From Dehalococcoidia bacterium (GTDB taxonomy: Bacteria; Chloroflexota; Dehalococcoidia; Tepidiformales; Tepidiformaceae), in contig JBFWZP010000012.1 in the NCBI GenBank assembly GCA_050185215.1, forward strand, positions 11,439 through 75,438: a stretch of 64,000 nt of DNA. Reading direction: 5' to 3'. Position 1 is the stretch's first letter; the number at the start of each line of letters is the position of its first letter. Positions 32,301 through 39,910 of the stretch are shown piece by piece. The notes beneath the pieces were generated by a model that was not told the origin of the DNA, made no database searches, and was given only the letters and a program-made list of their open reading frames with translations. The position numbers and the translations under genes were made by a program.

Positions 32301-34045
32301 GTGTCGTAGGGAGAGGTCTCGACGATCCGGTAGGTTCCGTTCTCGCCGGGAATCGAGTACGGGATAGTGTCGTCCCAGAGTTCGCCGGTGATGGCCTTTC
32401 CCGCGGGCACGTTGTCGTAAATCCACTGGCTTGCGGCGATCCTGGGGTGCTCCTGCGAGTACACGGACTGGAAGGCCAGAGCCCACCACGCCGAAGCGAC
32501 GAAAACCACCACGACGGCGCCAGCGGCAGCCCAGCGAGTTGCCTGGTCCCTCCTACTTCGCCTCACGGGTGGCGCGGGCGTGTCGCTGGAGTGCTGCAAC
32601 GGCTTGCCAGCGGCGTCGTGCAGGGTCGCGAACCCGGCCAGCCCTCGGCGCACGGGCAACCGCACGGTCCGCTCCGGCCGCCGGGACCAGTTCCACAACG
32701 TCACGCAGCCCCATGCAGCGAAAAGTGCCAGCAGCGGATACATGGGCAGGAAGTAGCGCATGAACGCCACGAACCGTGGACCCTGGAACAGGAACACGGT
32801 CGCCAGCATGGCCAGGGGCACCGCCATCGAGACGTCTCGCTTGCGGAACATCACCACGCCCGAAGCCACGCTTCCGGCGATGGCGGCGACACCAAGGGCG
32901 GGCCCGAGGCCCCACAGCACGAGATTCCTCAGGGGGGTCAGGAACGGTGTGGTCCCCGCGAACTGCACGAAGGGTGGGAAGTCGGCATTTCCTTTCTGGA
33001 AATCCCGCTCCCGGTTGATGTCGTCCAGCCACCGCTGGTTGAACGCCATATCCCAGAAGTGCGGCCCGTTGAATGCATAGGGCTGCGCGATCCGGAACAC
33101 CACCAGCGCCATGGCTCCCGCCATGCAGAGCATCGAAACGTCGTAGGCCCACTGCCAGGGAGGCGCGCTCGCCTGTCCCTTCGCTGACGCAGGCTGCCAG
33201 CGCAGCCCGAACCTCGGAACATCACGAAGCGCGATGCGCAGGCCCAGTGCCAGCACCGGCGCCACCGCGAAGACCGCCGCGTTCACCTTGCACGCGCCCG
33301 CAAGCCCAAGGGCGATGCCGATGCCCGCTGCATAACCCCAGGCTGGCCCTTCCCCCGCGCGCACCCAGCGCACGCTGAGTAGCACCGTCAGCGTGCCAAA
33401 GAAGGCCAGGTACGGGTCCATCGTCCAGAAGTGCGCGAGTTGCGTCGGCAACACCGAAAGCGCGTATAGCAGCGCCGCCAACACGCCAATCTTCCGGTTG
33501 AACACGCTCGACCCAAGCAAAAAGACCAGCAGGATTGTCGCGGTATCGAATGCGGCCGTGACCCTGCGTCCCCACTCCACGGTGTGCTCGTACGAATTGC
33601 CAGGACCCGAGGGATCATCGCCTGCCATCGTCGCCACCGCTTTCACCAGGAAAAGCGGAAACGTTCCATAGACGTACGAATTCGTCTGACCGTCGTTGTA
33701 CGGGTTGAGCGGGCTGTTTTCGGTGTCGAAGTAGCCACCGACCGAGTCGGGCCAGTCCAGCCGGTCCGAGACAAGCGAAAGGAACCGCTCGTCCGGATGC
33801 ATCTGAAGCGGAGCCGAGGCGCCTTCCGGCTGGTCCCACCCGAGGCCATGGAAACGGATCGCTCCGCCCAGGATCACAATCGCGATAAGGGCCAGGGGCC
33901 AGAGGCGCGCAAAACTCAGGGCTCCCTCAAATTCGAGGAGCGCCGCGGCCCGTCTGCGAGGCAAGGGTTCGCGCTCGAGCGGCGTTTCGGCCAAGCGCCC
34001 TCCCGTTCCGCCAGTTCCCCCAAGGATACCTGCGGCACCGCCCAA
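29384..34045 (-). CDS. giant polytopic membrane protein: GT39/PMT_2-like (GT-C) N-terminal half fused to a DUF2298 'Chlor_Arch_YYY' C-terminal half
   Basis: The continuous ORF is 29384..34240 (1618 aa) with dozens of hydrophobic helices. An HPDERF loop follows the first helix. The NYYYMGWFF motif and the TLRYYQLLDSGELGFERVATFKV...VYDHPEVRIYKK module are present. The start is uncertain. The maximal ORF overlaps the divergent gene at 34111, so TTG at 34045 (or 33994) is more plausible. Confidence 0.8.
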   Translation of the reverse strand: MGGAAGILGGTGGTGGRLAETPLEREPLPRRRAAALLEFEGALSFARLWPLALIAIVILGGAIRFHGLGWDQPEGASAPLQMHPDERFLSLVSDRLDWPDSVGGYFDTENSPLNPYNDGQTNSYVYGTFPLFLVKAVATMAGDDPSGPGNSYEHTVEWGRRVTAAFDTATILLVFLLGSSVFNRKIGVLAALLYALSVLPTQLAHFWTMDPYLAFFGTLTVLLSVRWVRAGEGPAWGYAAGIGIALGLAGACKVNAAVFAVAPVLALGLRIALRDVPRFGLRWQPASAKGQASAPPWQWAYDVSMLCMAGAMALVVFRIAQPYAFNGPHFWDMAFNQRWLDDINRERDFQKGNADFPPFVQFAGTTPFLTPLRNLVLWGLGPALGVAAIAGSVASGVVMFRKRDVSMAVPLAMLATVFLFQGPRFVAFMRYFLPMYPLLALFAAWGCVTLWNWSRRPERTVRLPVRRGLAGFATLHDAAGKPLQHSSDTPAPPVRRSRRDQATRWAAAGAVVVVFVASAWWALAFQSVYSQEHPRIAASQWIYDNVPAGKAITGELWDDTIPYSIPGENGTYRIVETSPYDTDSLEKVEKLVLGDPGNPNAGGLISADYVAITSNRVRDSVKKLEREYPATLRYYQLLDSGELGFERVATFKVHPTFLGLSIDDSGAEESFTVYDHPEVRIYKKTDAFDAQRAIALLDEAHPERAVNLLPRQGRTNGLQFTPEEAEVQQSGGTFTDVFDANGWASHLPWLWWLVWLEVAAVATVPWVTWLLRALPARGYGLSKLLGITSVALTTWMLVAWGTVHYSGSLVWVVFASVAILGVAVAVIRREALLADVKEHWASWLAVDAVFLAAFFVFLLIRAYNPDLWHHPQGGEKPMEIAYLTAVTRSTTMPPYDPWFAGGSLNYYYMGWFFLSVPIRALKIVPEVAFNLGVPTYAALASSVAFTVVHSLVGLGTKARAVTAKVSRRPAILAGVLGAILLIGIGNLDGAHQWIERLQSVNTWSLAEGTPVIGGAVGIIGGLKAWLIDGTKLPPFDWWRSSRVHFGVIDITEFPYWSMLFGDLHPHLMGLPFFGAVVTLLIGYCASVRSRMRAQSWVLAGVLGLAVGLVRTVHTWDFPTVVLMTVVGIPLGQMLRTEGRWQQRFWDAVAHLALAGVLASVAYAPYTAHFETFDPGIRRAVATTKAHQFFVQFGVYVAFAVAFIAVRYREELAARDFDHGRNPVLAMVNGWLELASLVIFLSGLVAATWPFGLTTIAFGAVFEVFLFNLLWLEFNRREPDFARTLTTALFILAFGVAVGVDIVTLKGDIERMNTVFKFGLQAWQLFALASGFAAWYVGSYLWDAHGWRPKPRAGRTISAVAGTSVLVGLMFGASLFLISGTAARQNARFHDTAPTLNGFAFLPGAVYVETVDGDPSADTPIVLEDDKVLIDWLRNNVEGSPVIVEAVGGLYHWTGRISEYTGLPAVIGWDWHQIQQRTDYADLVQQRRFDTEQFYRVPDPVFATSYLQKYNVSYVIVGAEERFHGSEEGIAKFAEMTNLEEVFRNGEDVIYRVK

Positions 34046-34110
34046 AGACGAAAGGACGGCATCGAAACAGGAAAGAGTGAGACCACGCCTTTCGGCGTAC
34101 GATTGCCGGC

Positions 34111-34755
34111 ATGACCACTGACTCGGTGTTTCATTGGGCGCGGATCGCCGCTCCCGGAACCAACTTCGCCGTCCTCGGCCGCCAGATCGAAGAACAAACA
34201 TTGCCGGCACTCGAAGCCCTTGGGGGCAAGCGCTGGGCACTCGCTAACGGCCTCTTCGGCCTGTGGAACCACGAGGTGATCCTCGTGACCGTCTGGCCAG
34301 GGGGCAGCGACCCGGCGCCACACGTCGCCCGGAATCTCCCCCCGGGCGCATCGGTCGGCGAATCCTATGACTTCATCCCAACCGTGAGGCCGGACTCCGA
34401 TGCCCTGCTGTCCCGGCCGGGGATCTATGTCCATCGACTGTTTGGCGTTGATGCAGCGAACGTCGACCAGTTTGTTGATCTCTCTGATACAGCCTGGAAA
34501 ACGTTCGAAAACGCGGACGAGTACCGCTCGCAGCCCCAGGGGCTCTTTCGCCAGCGCCGACATCCGGAGTTCGGCGGACTCATGCTGCTCGTCACCTGGT
34601 ACGACCGTCTGGAGTCCTGGGAGCGCTCTCGCACCCCTCCTCCGGAGGCTGCCGCGAACTTCCGTGAGCGGTCCATGATAACCACTCGCTCCGTTGCGTT
34701 CCCGACGCGCCTCCTCGGCGCGAATCCTGCAGCCAGGGGAATGGGGGCGGGCTAA
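34111..34755 (+). CDS. hypothetical protein, possibly NIPSNAP-like tandem ferredoxin-like domains
   Basis: Two similar halves each end in a W..W.....(S)WE.SR-type pattern (LFGLWNHEVILVTVW; LMLLVTWYDRLESWERSR). The family call is tentative. Confidence 0.4.
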   Translation: MTTDSVFHWARIAAPGTNFAVLGRQIEEQTLPALEALGGKRWALANGLFGLWNHEVILVTVWPGGSDPAPHVARNLPPGASVGESYDFIPTVRPDSDALLSRPGIYVHRLFGVDAANVDQFVDLSDTAWKTFENADEYRSQPQGLFRQRRHPEFGGLMLLVTWYDRLESWERSRTPPPEAAANFRERSMITTRSVAFPTRLLGANPAARGMGAG

Positions 34756-34833
34756 GGGCCTGGAGAAGTTCGATCGCTCGCACACGCGTAAGTGGTTGAC
34801 ATTCGTTTTTGTGTAGGCCAAGGTCGCCGCATT

Positions 34834-35541
34834 GTGTTTTGCGGGTCCTGTGGAAAGGAACTGGCCGAAGGCGCCGCCTTCTGCGGTTCGTGTGGGGCAA
34901 AGCTCCGCGGCGAATCTTCCGTCACCACGATCCATACTTCTCGCCGCCCTCGTGCGTGGCTCTTTGCAGGTGGGGCAGGCGTGGCTGCGGTCGTGGCTGC
35001 TGCGGGCGCCTGGCTTCTCTTCGCCGGCGGAAGCAGCGAGGCGCCACCGGTGGACGACAGGGTCGTGGCGGATATCGAGTCGGTACTCGCCGGGCTCCCT
35101 CACGCAGAAGGCGAGACCGATATCGATCAGATGCGCTCGCTCCTCGGCCCGCCCGATGCATTCACCCTATTCCTCGAGTCGGATGCCGAGGGACACACCG
35201 GCCGCCGCGAGGAGTGGTACTACTTCGACTACCTTTCCGTATATTCGTTCCTCGATGGCAAGCTCGAAACGAACCTCCCGCTTGCCGATGCCGCCGACTT
35301 CACCGTGCTTCCTCGGCGTTGGGATCCCGGAATGTTCGACCTGGGCGTCGAGTGGCCTGATCTGGCCGATGTGATCGGCGATCCCGCCCGCTTCGAATCC
35401 TACGAATTCGAGCCTGAATACGAGGTGCCCGGCACCTACTACGTCGGAAACCAGCTACTGCTTCTCTTCGATGACGAAGGGAAACTCTACTACGTGGAGG
35501 CCATTCCCCTCGAACCCGACGACGGGGGCGAGCCGTCATGA
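34834..35541 (+). CDS. zinc-ribbon membrane protein with an extracytoplasmic domain of unknown function
   Basis: A GTG start gives (M)FCGSCGKELAEGAAFCGSCGAKL, then a TM helix WLFAGGAGVAAVVAAAGAWLLFAG, then an acidic domain of about 170 aa. The ORF-track start at 34792 is also possible. Confidence 0.6.
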   Translation: MFCGSCGKELAEGAAFCGSCGAKLRGESSVTTIHTSRRPRAWLFAGGAGVAAVVAAAGAWLLFAGGSSEAPPVDDRVVADIESVLAGLPHAEGETDIDQMRSLLGPPDAFTLFLESDAEGHTGRREEWYYFDYLSVYSFLDGKLETNLPLADAADFTVLPRRWDPGMFDLGVEWPDLADVIGDPARFESYEFEPEYEVPGTYYVGNQLLLLFDDEGKLYYVEAIPLEPDDGGEPS

Positions 35542-37409
35542 CGCGAAGATTCCGGCTCTGGCTCGCCTCCATGGCGCTGGCCGTTGTCCTCGGGAGTGGC
35601 GTCGGCGCGGCGGCCCACCAGGCGAGCGCCATCACCCCACTCGATGCGGTCGTAGGCAAGTTCATCGCCCGCACCATCGCCGCCAAGCACGCGGAACGGC
35701 GCGATCGCGCCGATATCAATGAACGCCGCGACCAGGAGCTCGCTCAGGTTGATGTCCAATCCAAGGTGATCGACCGCAACGAGTCGATCGGCCGGATCAC
35801 TCCCGAAGAGGCCAAACGGCAGCGTGCCCAGGTCGCCCTCCTGAAGATGGCCATCGAGGAGCGCGCCAAACGCGAACGCCAAATCGTCTCCTTCGAAACT
35901 CGCCGCCGCATCGACGCCAACCTCAAGAGTTCGTTCAAGGATGCGGTCACGTTCGGAACGGGGGCCGATCCCAAGGCGGTCGAGTTCCTCAGTGGCTTAA
36001 TCGATGGGAAGAAGCCGCTCGACGCCGCTTTCGATGCTCTCCAGGCTGGCCCGCCGGAAGACCCGCTCAAGCCGTTCCGCGACCTGAAGGACCAGCTCAA
36101 GGAAGTCGACAAGGCCGCAAGGGCACTCGGTGGAAAGAAGGCAGTCGACCTCCGCGCGCGAATTCGCGCCGTCATCGACGAGTTGAACCCGATTTCCGAA
36201 GGCGATGCCCCGCCCCCGGATGACAAACTCGCGCGCCTGAAGGACCTGGACGCGGAGGTCACGAAGGCGGCCGAGCAAGCCAGGGACATCCTCAAAGACC
36301 TCTTCCCTGGCAGCCCCGGCATCGATCGATCCCGGTTCGAAGGCAACGAACGCTGGCAGCAACTCGATGCGGCCGTGGAAGATGCGGAGAAGGGGGCAGC
36401 AACGCAGGAAGTCGTTTCGAGCATCCTCCGGCGCGCCACCGAAGAGGTCGCACAGCAGGCTGCCGAATCTGGTCGCGAACTGACACCGGAGGAAATTGAC
36501 CGCATTGCCGGAGAGGTTCTCGGCGGATGGGTCGATGGCCGGCAGGCCGGAACTGGTGCCGATGCCCCGGAGCTGGACCTTGGCAACCTCGCGCGCACCG
36601 CACTCGCCGAAGACGACGCTACTCGCGGCATCCTCCCGGCGAACCCGGATGAAGAAGCGTCCCCCTCGGCCACTACAGGCTCTGAAGGCACGAGAGAAGC
36701 TTCTCCCTCAAGTTCTCCCGAGGCTTCCCCAGGAAGTGCAACCATCGCACCAGACACGCCAGGTCCCACATCGGCGAACCCAACCGCTGCGCCGACCTCG
36801 GCGCCGAAACCGACAAGCACTGTGGCCGCCCAGCCGACTGCCAGGCCCGTCCCCACCAGGGCGCCGACACCACTTCCGACCGCAAAGCCCACGTCGACTC
36901 CGACGAAGCCGCCAACCTCGACGCCCGTGCCAGCCCCAACGGTTCCCGCGCCCTATGTCCTGACCGGAACGTTCACGCTGACCCAATCCGACTCAGGATG
37001 CTCCTTCAGCGCATCGCCATTTACTTCTGGCTCGGTCAGCATGAACATCGATGCGGCCACGGGCGCGGTTTCCGGGACGATGAACGGCGGTGGGAGCGGA
37101 TCTCGAAACCTGAATTGCCAGGGCTCCACCGGCACGCTCACCTGGAGCCAGGGCTACACCATCACGTTCGGCGGCACCATCTCCGCCAGTGGCGCGCTCT
37201 CCGTGAGCGGTACCATCGCCGGCAGTGGGAGTTCGGTCTGGAGCAACTGCAAGGATGGCGGCCAGCCGGTCAGTTGTCCCGCCAACGGAGGTGGTGGCTA
37301 CTCTTTCCCGGTGGTGATCTCCGGGGCAGCGCCGAAAGGCGGCGGCAGCGGCGGAATACAGGTCCTGCAGATCGGGCTCGCCACCAGCGGTTCCTGGAAC
37401 GCCAACTAG
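35538..37409 (+). CDS. secreted protein of unknown function: signal peptide, charged helical region, Pro/Thr/Ala linker, Gly/Ser/Thr-rich Cys-containing C-terminal domain
   Basis: The signal peptide reads MTRRFRLWLASMALAVVLGSGVGAAAHQASA. About 330 aa rich in E/K/R/A/D/L follow, then about 100 aa of P/T/S/A linker, then about 170 aa with four Cys. The ATG overlaps the upstream stop (ATGA). Confidence 0.6.
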   Translation: MTRRFRLWLASMALAVVLGSGVGAAAHQASAITPLDAVVGKFIARTIAAKHAERRDRADINERRDQELAQVDVQSKVIDRNESIGRITPEEAKRQRAQVALLKMAIEERAKRERQIVSFETRRRIDANLKSSFKDAVTFGTGADPKAVEFLSGLIDGKKPLDAAFDALQAGPPEDPLKPFRDLKDQLKEVDKAARALGGKKAVDLRARIRAVIDELNPISEGDAPPPDDKLARLKDLDAEVTKAAEQARDILKDLFPGSPGIDRSRFEGNERWQQLDAAVEDAEKGAATQEVVSSILRRATEEVAQQAAESGRELTPEEIDRIAGEVLGGWVDGRQAGTGADAPELDLGNLARTALAEDDATRGILPANPDEEASPSATTGSEGTREASPSSSPEASPGSATIAPDTPGPTSANPTAAPTSAPKPTSTVAAQPTARPVPTRAPTPLPTAKPTSTPTKPPTSTPVPAPTVPAPYVLTGTFTLTQSDSGCSFSASPFTSGSVSMNIDAATGAVSGTMNGGGSGSRNLNCQGSTGTLTWSQGYTITFGGTISASGALSVSGTIAGSGSSVWSNCKDGGQPVSCPANGGGGYSFPVVISGAAPKGGGSGGIQVLQIGLATSGSWNAN

Positions 37410-38701
37410 AACGAGCGCCCCACGACGCCACCAACTCGCAGCTCTTGGATGGCTGTTTCGTCGAATCCCAGTTGGCTCAGCACTTCGTCCGTGTGCTCAT
37501 CGAGCTGCGGCGGGGGCGCGGTGACACGTGTGGGGGTGCCGTCCATCTTCACGACCGGTCCGAAGGTCCGGTAGGGTCCGAACAGTGGGTGTTCGATTTC
37601 CACGATGTACTCGTTCTCGAGTAGTTGCTCGTCGGTGAACACATCGGGAGGGAAGTTCAGCGGACCGCACGGCACTTTGCCCGCGCGTAGCAATCGCAGC
37701 CACTCGTTGCTCGTTTTTGAGGCAAAGAGCGCTTCGACTTCAGCAACAAGCGCAACGAGCCGTTCGGTCGCTTGTTCCGTCCCAAGTTCGAAACCCGGTT
37801 CGCTGCGCGGGTCCTTCACCCCGGTCACCGCCCGGAATCGAGCGTTCAACTGGGGGCTCAGGCAGCCGATGGAGATGAATCCATCGGCTGTGCGGTAGTG
37901 TCGGAAGTAGATGTTCGCGAACCCGCCGCGCGTGTAGTGGTTCTCCCAGATCGAGCGCTGCGCTTCGAAACCCTCGCCATTTGCTCGTGCCGTCGCGATT
38001 GCCGCGCGATACCGCTCCTCTACCGGCGGGTCAGTGACTCCAAACCAGCTAAGCAACTGGTTCCCAAGGGCCATCGCGGTGCCGAGCAGCGAAGTTTCTA
38101 CGCGCTGGCCCTCTCCGGTCAGGTCCCGGTGTCGCAACGCGGCCACCACCCCGAGCGCCGAGAACGCGCCAGTGCCCATATCGTTAAAGGCGGGCCGGAT
38201 GTTGATCGGCACCCCGTTGCGTTCCCGCGCCGTCAGCACCGCCGTCCCCGACATGCCCTGCACGATAACGTCGTAACCCGGTTCGCCGCCGAACGGTCCT
38301 TTGCTCCCCAGTGGTACGTGTTCGAGAAACACCAGCTTCGGGTTCATCGCCCTGAAGTGCTCGTAGGTCAGTCCGTAACGGGGAAGGTCGGCGGGTTTCA
38401 TCGAAACCATCACCACGTCGGCCCACGCCGCCAGCTTCTCGAGTACTGGTCGCGCTTCGGGTTTCGTCACGTCGAGGCAGATCGAACGCTTGCCCCGGTT
38501 GATGAGCGTGAAGCCCTTGCTTTCGCCGTCGAGGATGGGTTCCATCGTGTGCCGGATGCCGTCGCCGGCAGGCGGCTCGATCTTGACTACGTCGGCGCCC
38601 ATGTCGGCGAGGAGGATCCCCGCGAACGGCACCGCCAGCGCCTGTGCCAACTCCACGACCTTTACGCCCGCGAGGGCGCCCGGAGGAAAGGGGTTTGTCA
38701 T
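37406..38701 (-). CDS. family III CoA-transferase (CaiB/BaiF family)
   Basis: The N-terminus reads GALAGVKVVELAQALAVPFAGILLADMGADVVKIEPP..GD. The 431-aa length fits the family. Confidence 0.85.
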   Translation of the reverse strand: MTNPFPPGALAGVKVVELAQALAVPFAGILLADMGADVVKIEPPAGDGIRHTMEPILDGESKGFTLINRGKRSICLDVTKPEARPVLEKLAAWADVVMVSMKPADLPRYGLTYEHFRAMNPKLVFLEHVPLGSKGPFGGEPGYDVIVQGMSGTAVLTARERNGVPINIRPAFNDMGTGAFSALGVVAALRHRDLTGEGQRVETSLLGTAMALGNQLLSWFGVTDPPVEERYRAAIATARANGEGFEAQRSIWENHYTRGGFANIYFRHYRTADGFISIGCLSPQLNARFRAVTGVKDPRSEPGFELGTEQATERLVALVAEVEALFASKTSNEWLRLLRAGKVPCGPLNFPPDVFTDEQLLENEYIVEIEHPLFGPYRTFGPVVKMDGTPTRVTAPPPQLDEHTDEVLSQLGFDETAIQELRVGGVVGRSF

Positions 38702-38988
38702 GTCAGGCGAGTCTACGTGGCCTCGACCAAAGTGGCGAAATCGTGGCCACCGCCAGTGAACATCGCGATTCGAGTTCGCTTAAAGAGATCCAGGCCAACC
38801 CTTGCATTCGTACGGAGATAGTAGAAGGGCAGAGCCAGGAGAGGGGAAACATACCCTGGCCCTGCCCGGAGGGAACGGGCTGGCGGTGGTGACGACTCCG
38901 CCGCCAGCACATTTGTCACTCTACTCCGCGAATAGGTGCCCGCGTAAAGGGCTTTTCGTCTTCACTACCGCATTTTTACGTCACGTTC

Positions 38989-39447
38989 TTAACCCTGGAA
39001 GCCCGTAACCCGGTGCGAAAGGTCACAATACGGTTTGTTGGCCGAGTTGCCGCACCGGCAGAGCGCCATCCTCCGCGCCTCCCGGGTTGTCCTCCCCGCG
39101 GCATCGATCACCTCTACTTCTCCTCGGACGAATAACGGTCCATTCCTGCGCGGCTGCACCGATGTCGGCGATGTCGGCGCTTCCTGTGGCGCTCCGTCGC
39201 TCCGATGGTAGGTAAGCGCGCCCGTGGGACACCTGGAGACCGCCTCGGCGATTTCGTCCGCGGGAGTTCCAGCGGCCTTCACCCAGGGTCGGGCGTTGGG
39301 ATCGAAGACGCCCGGCAGCAAACGAATACACTCGGCAACGTGGATGCAAAGTTTCGGCTCCCATCCCACAACGATGCCTTCGCCCTCGTAGCTCCTTCGG
39401 ACGTCCGCGGCGTAGCGCTCCTCCGAAGCCCGTTCTTCCGATGTCAC
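38989..39447 (-). CDS. iron-sulfur protein: divergent 4Fe-4S mono-cluster domain fused to a CDGSH-type domain
   Basis: The first domain shows KLCIHVAECIRLLPGVFD...RCPTGAL. The C-terminal ALCRCGNSANKPYCDLSH matches C-x-C-x2-S-x3-P-x-C-D-x-S-H. Confidence 0.7.
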   Translation of the reverse strand: MTSEERASEERYAADVRRSYEGEGIVVGWEPKLCIHVAECIRLLPGVFDPNARPWVKAAGTPADEIAEAVSRCPTGALTYHRSDGAPQEAPTSPTSVQPRRNGPLFVRGEVEVIDAAGRTTREARRMALCRCGNSANKPYCDLSHRVTGFQG

Positions 39448-39467
39448 ACGCAGTCCCCGGGTGTGGA

Positions 39468-39770
39468 TTACGCCGGCTGTTCTATCACCAGGTCCTCGTA
39501 CTCCGGATGGCGTTTGATGTACGAGGCGACGAACGGGCAGCGCGGTACAACTTTAAGTCCTTTGGAGCGCGAATCGTCCAGGGCAAACCTCGTAAGCCGC
39601 CCGCCAATTCCCTTGCCCTCGAGTTCCTTGTCCACCTCCATGTAAATCAGCACGATGTGGTCGTCGCTCCGGCTGTAGTCGAGGGTTCCTCCGTGATTGT
39701 CGACGGTGACTTCGAACCGGCTCTTGGTGGTGTTGTCGGTGACGGTCAGGTTGTCGTCTTCAGTAGCCAT
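39468..39770 (-). CDS. small GNAT-family acetyltransferase (YjdJ/GNAT_2-like)
   Basis: The 100-aa product starts at MATEDD and reads ...SRFEV.VD...G.LDY....DHIVLIYMEVDKELEGKGIGGRLTRFALDDSRSKGLKVVPRCPFV. The long upstream part of ORF 39468..40148 is Arg-rich and looks spurious. Confidence 0.7.
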   Translation of the reverse strand: MATEDDNLTVTDNTTKSRFEVTVDNHGGTLDYSRSDDHIVLIYMEVDKELEGKGIGGRLTRFALDDSRSKGLKVVPRCPFVASYIKRHPEYEDLVIEQPA

Positions 39771-39910
39771 GCTTCGATCGTATCGAAGCCGTCTACGTTT
39801 TCGCCGTGTCCGAACGGGCACAATCGCTGGCCGAAACGCTCCTCGTCTGGCCCTGTTCGCGTTCGCCAAGGGACTCCATGCTGTTCTCACCCAGGATTCG
39901 GGAGGAATCG

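Noticed and set aside
33916-35103. A 395-aa minus-strand ORF spanning the divergent promoter region and two plus-strand genes. A similar case is 29271..30305 (minus strand, 344 aa).
   Set aside because: The translations are Arg/Pro/Gly-rich and off-frame. They cross gene boundaries, overlap better-supported genes, and have no domain signatures.
36650-36950. Pro/Thr/Ala-rich repetitive coding stretches, here and at about 49090-49230, as possible DNA tandem repeats or CRISPR-like arrays.
   Set aside because: They are in-frame low-complexity linkers inside secreted proteins. There is no exact DNA-level periodic repeat and no spacer structure.
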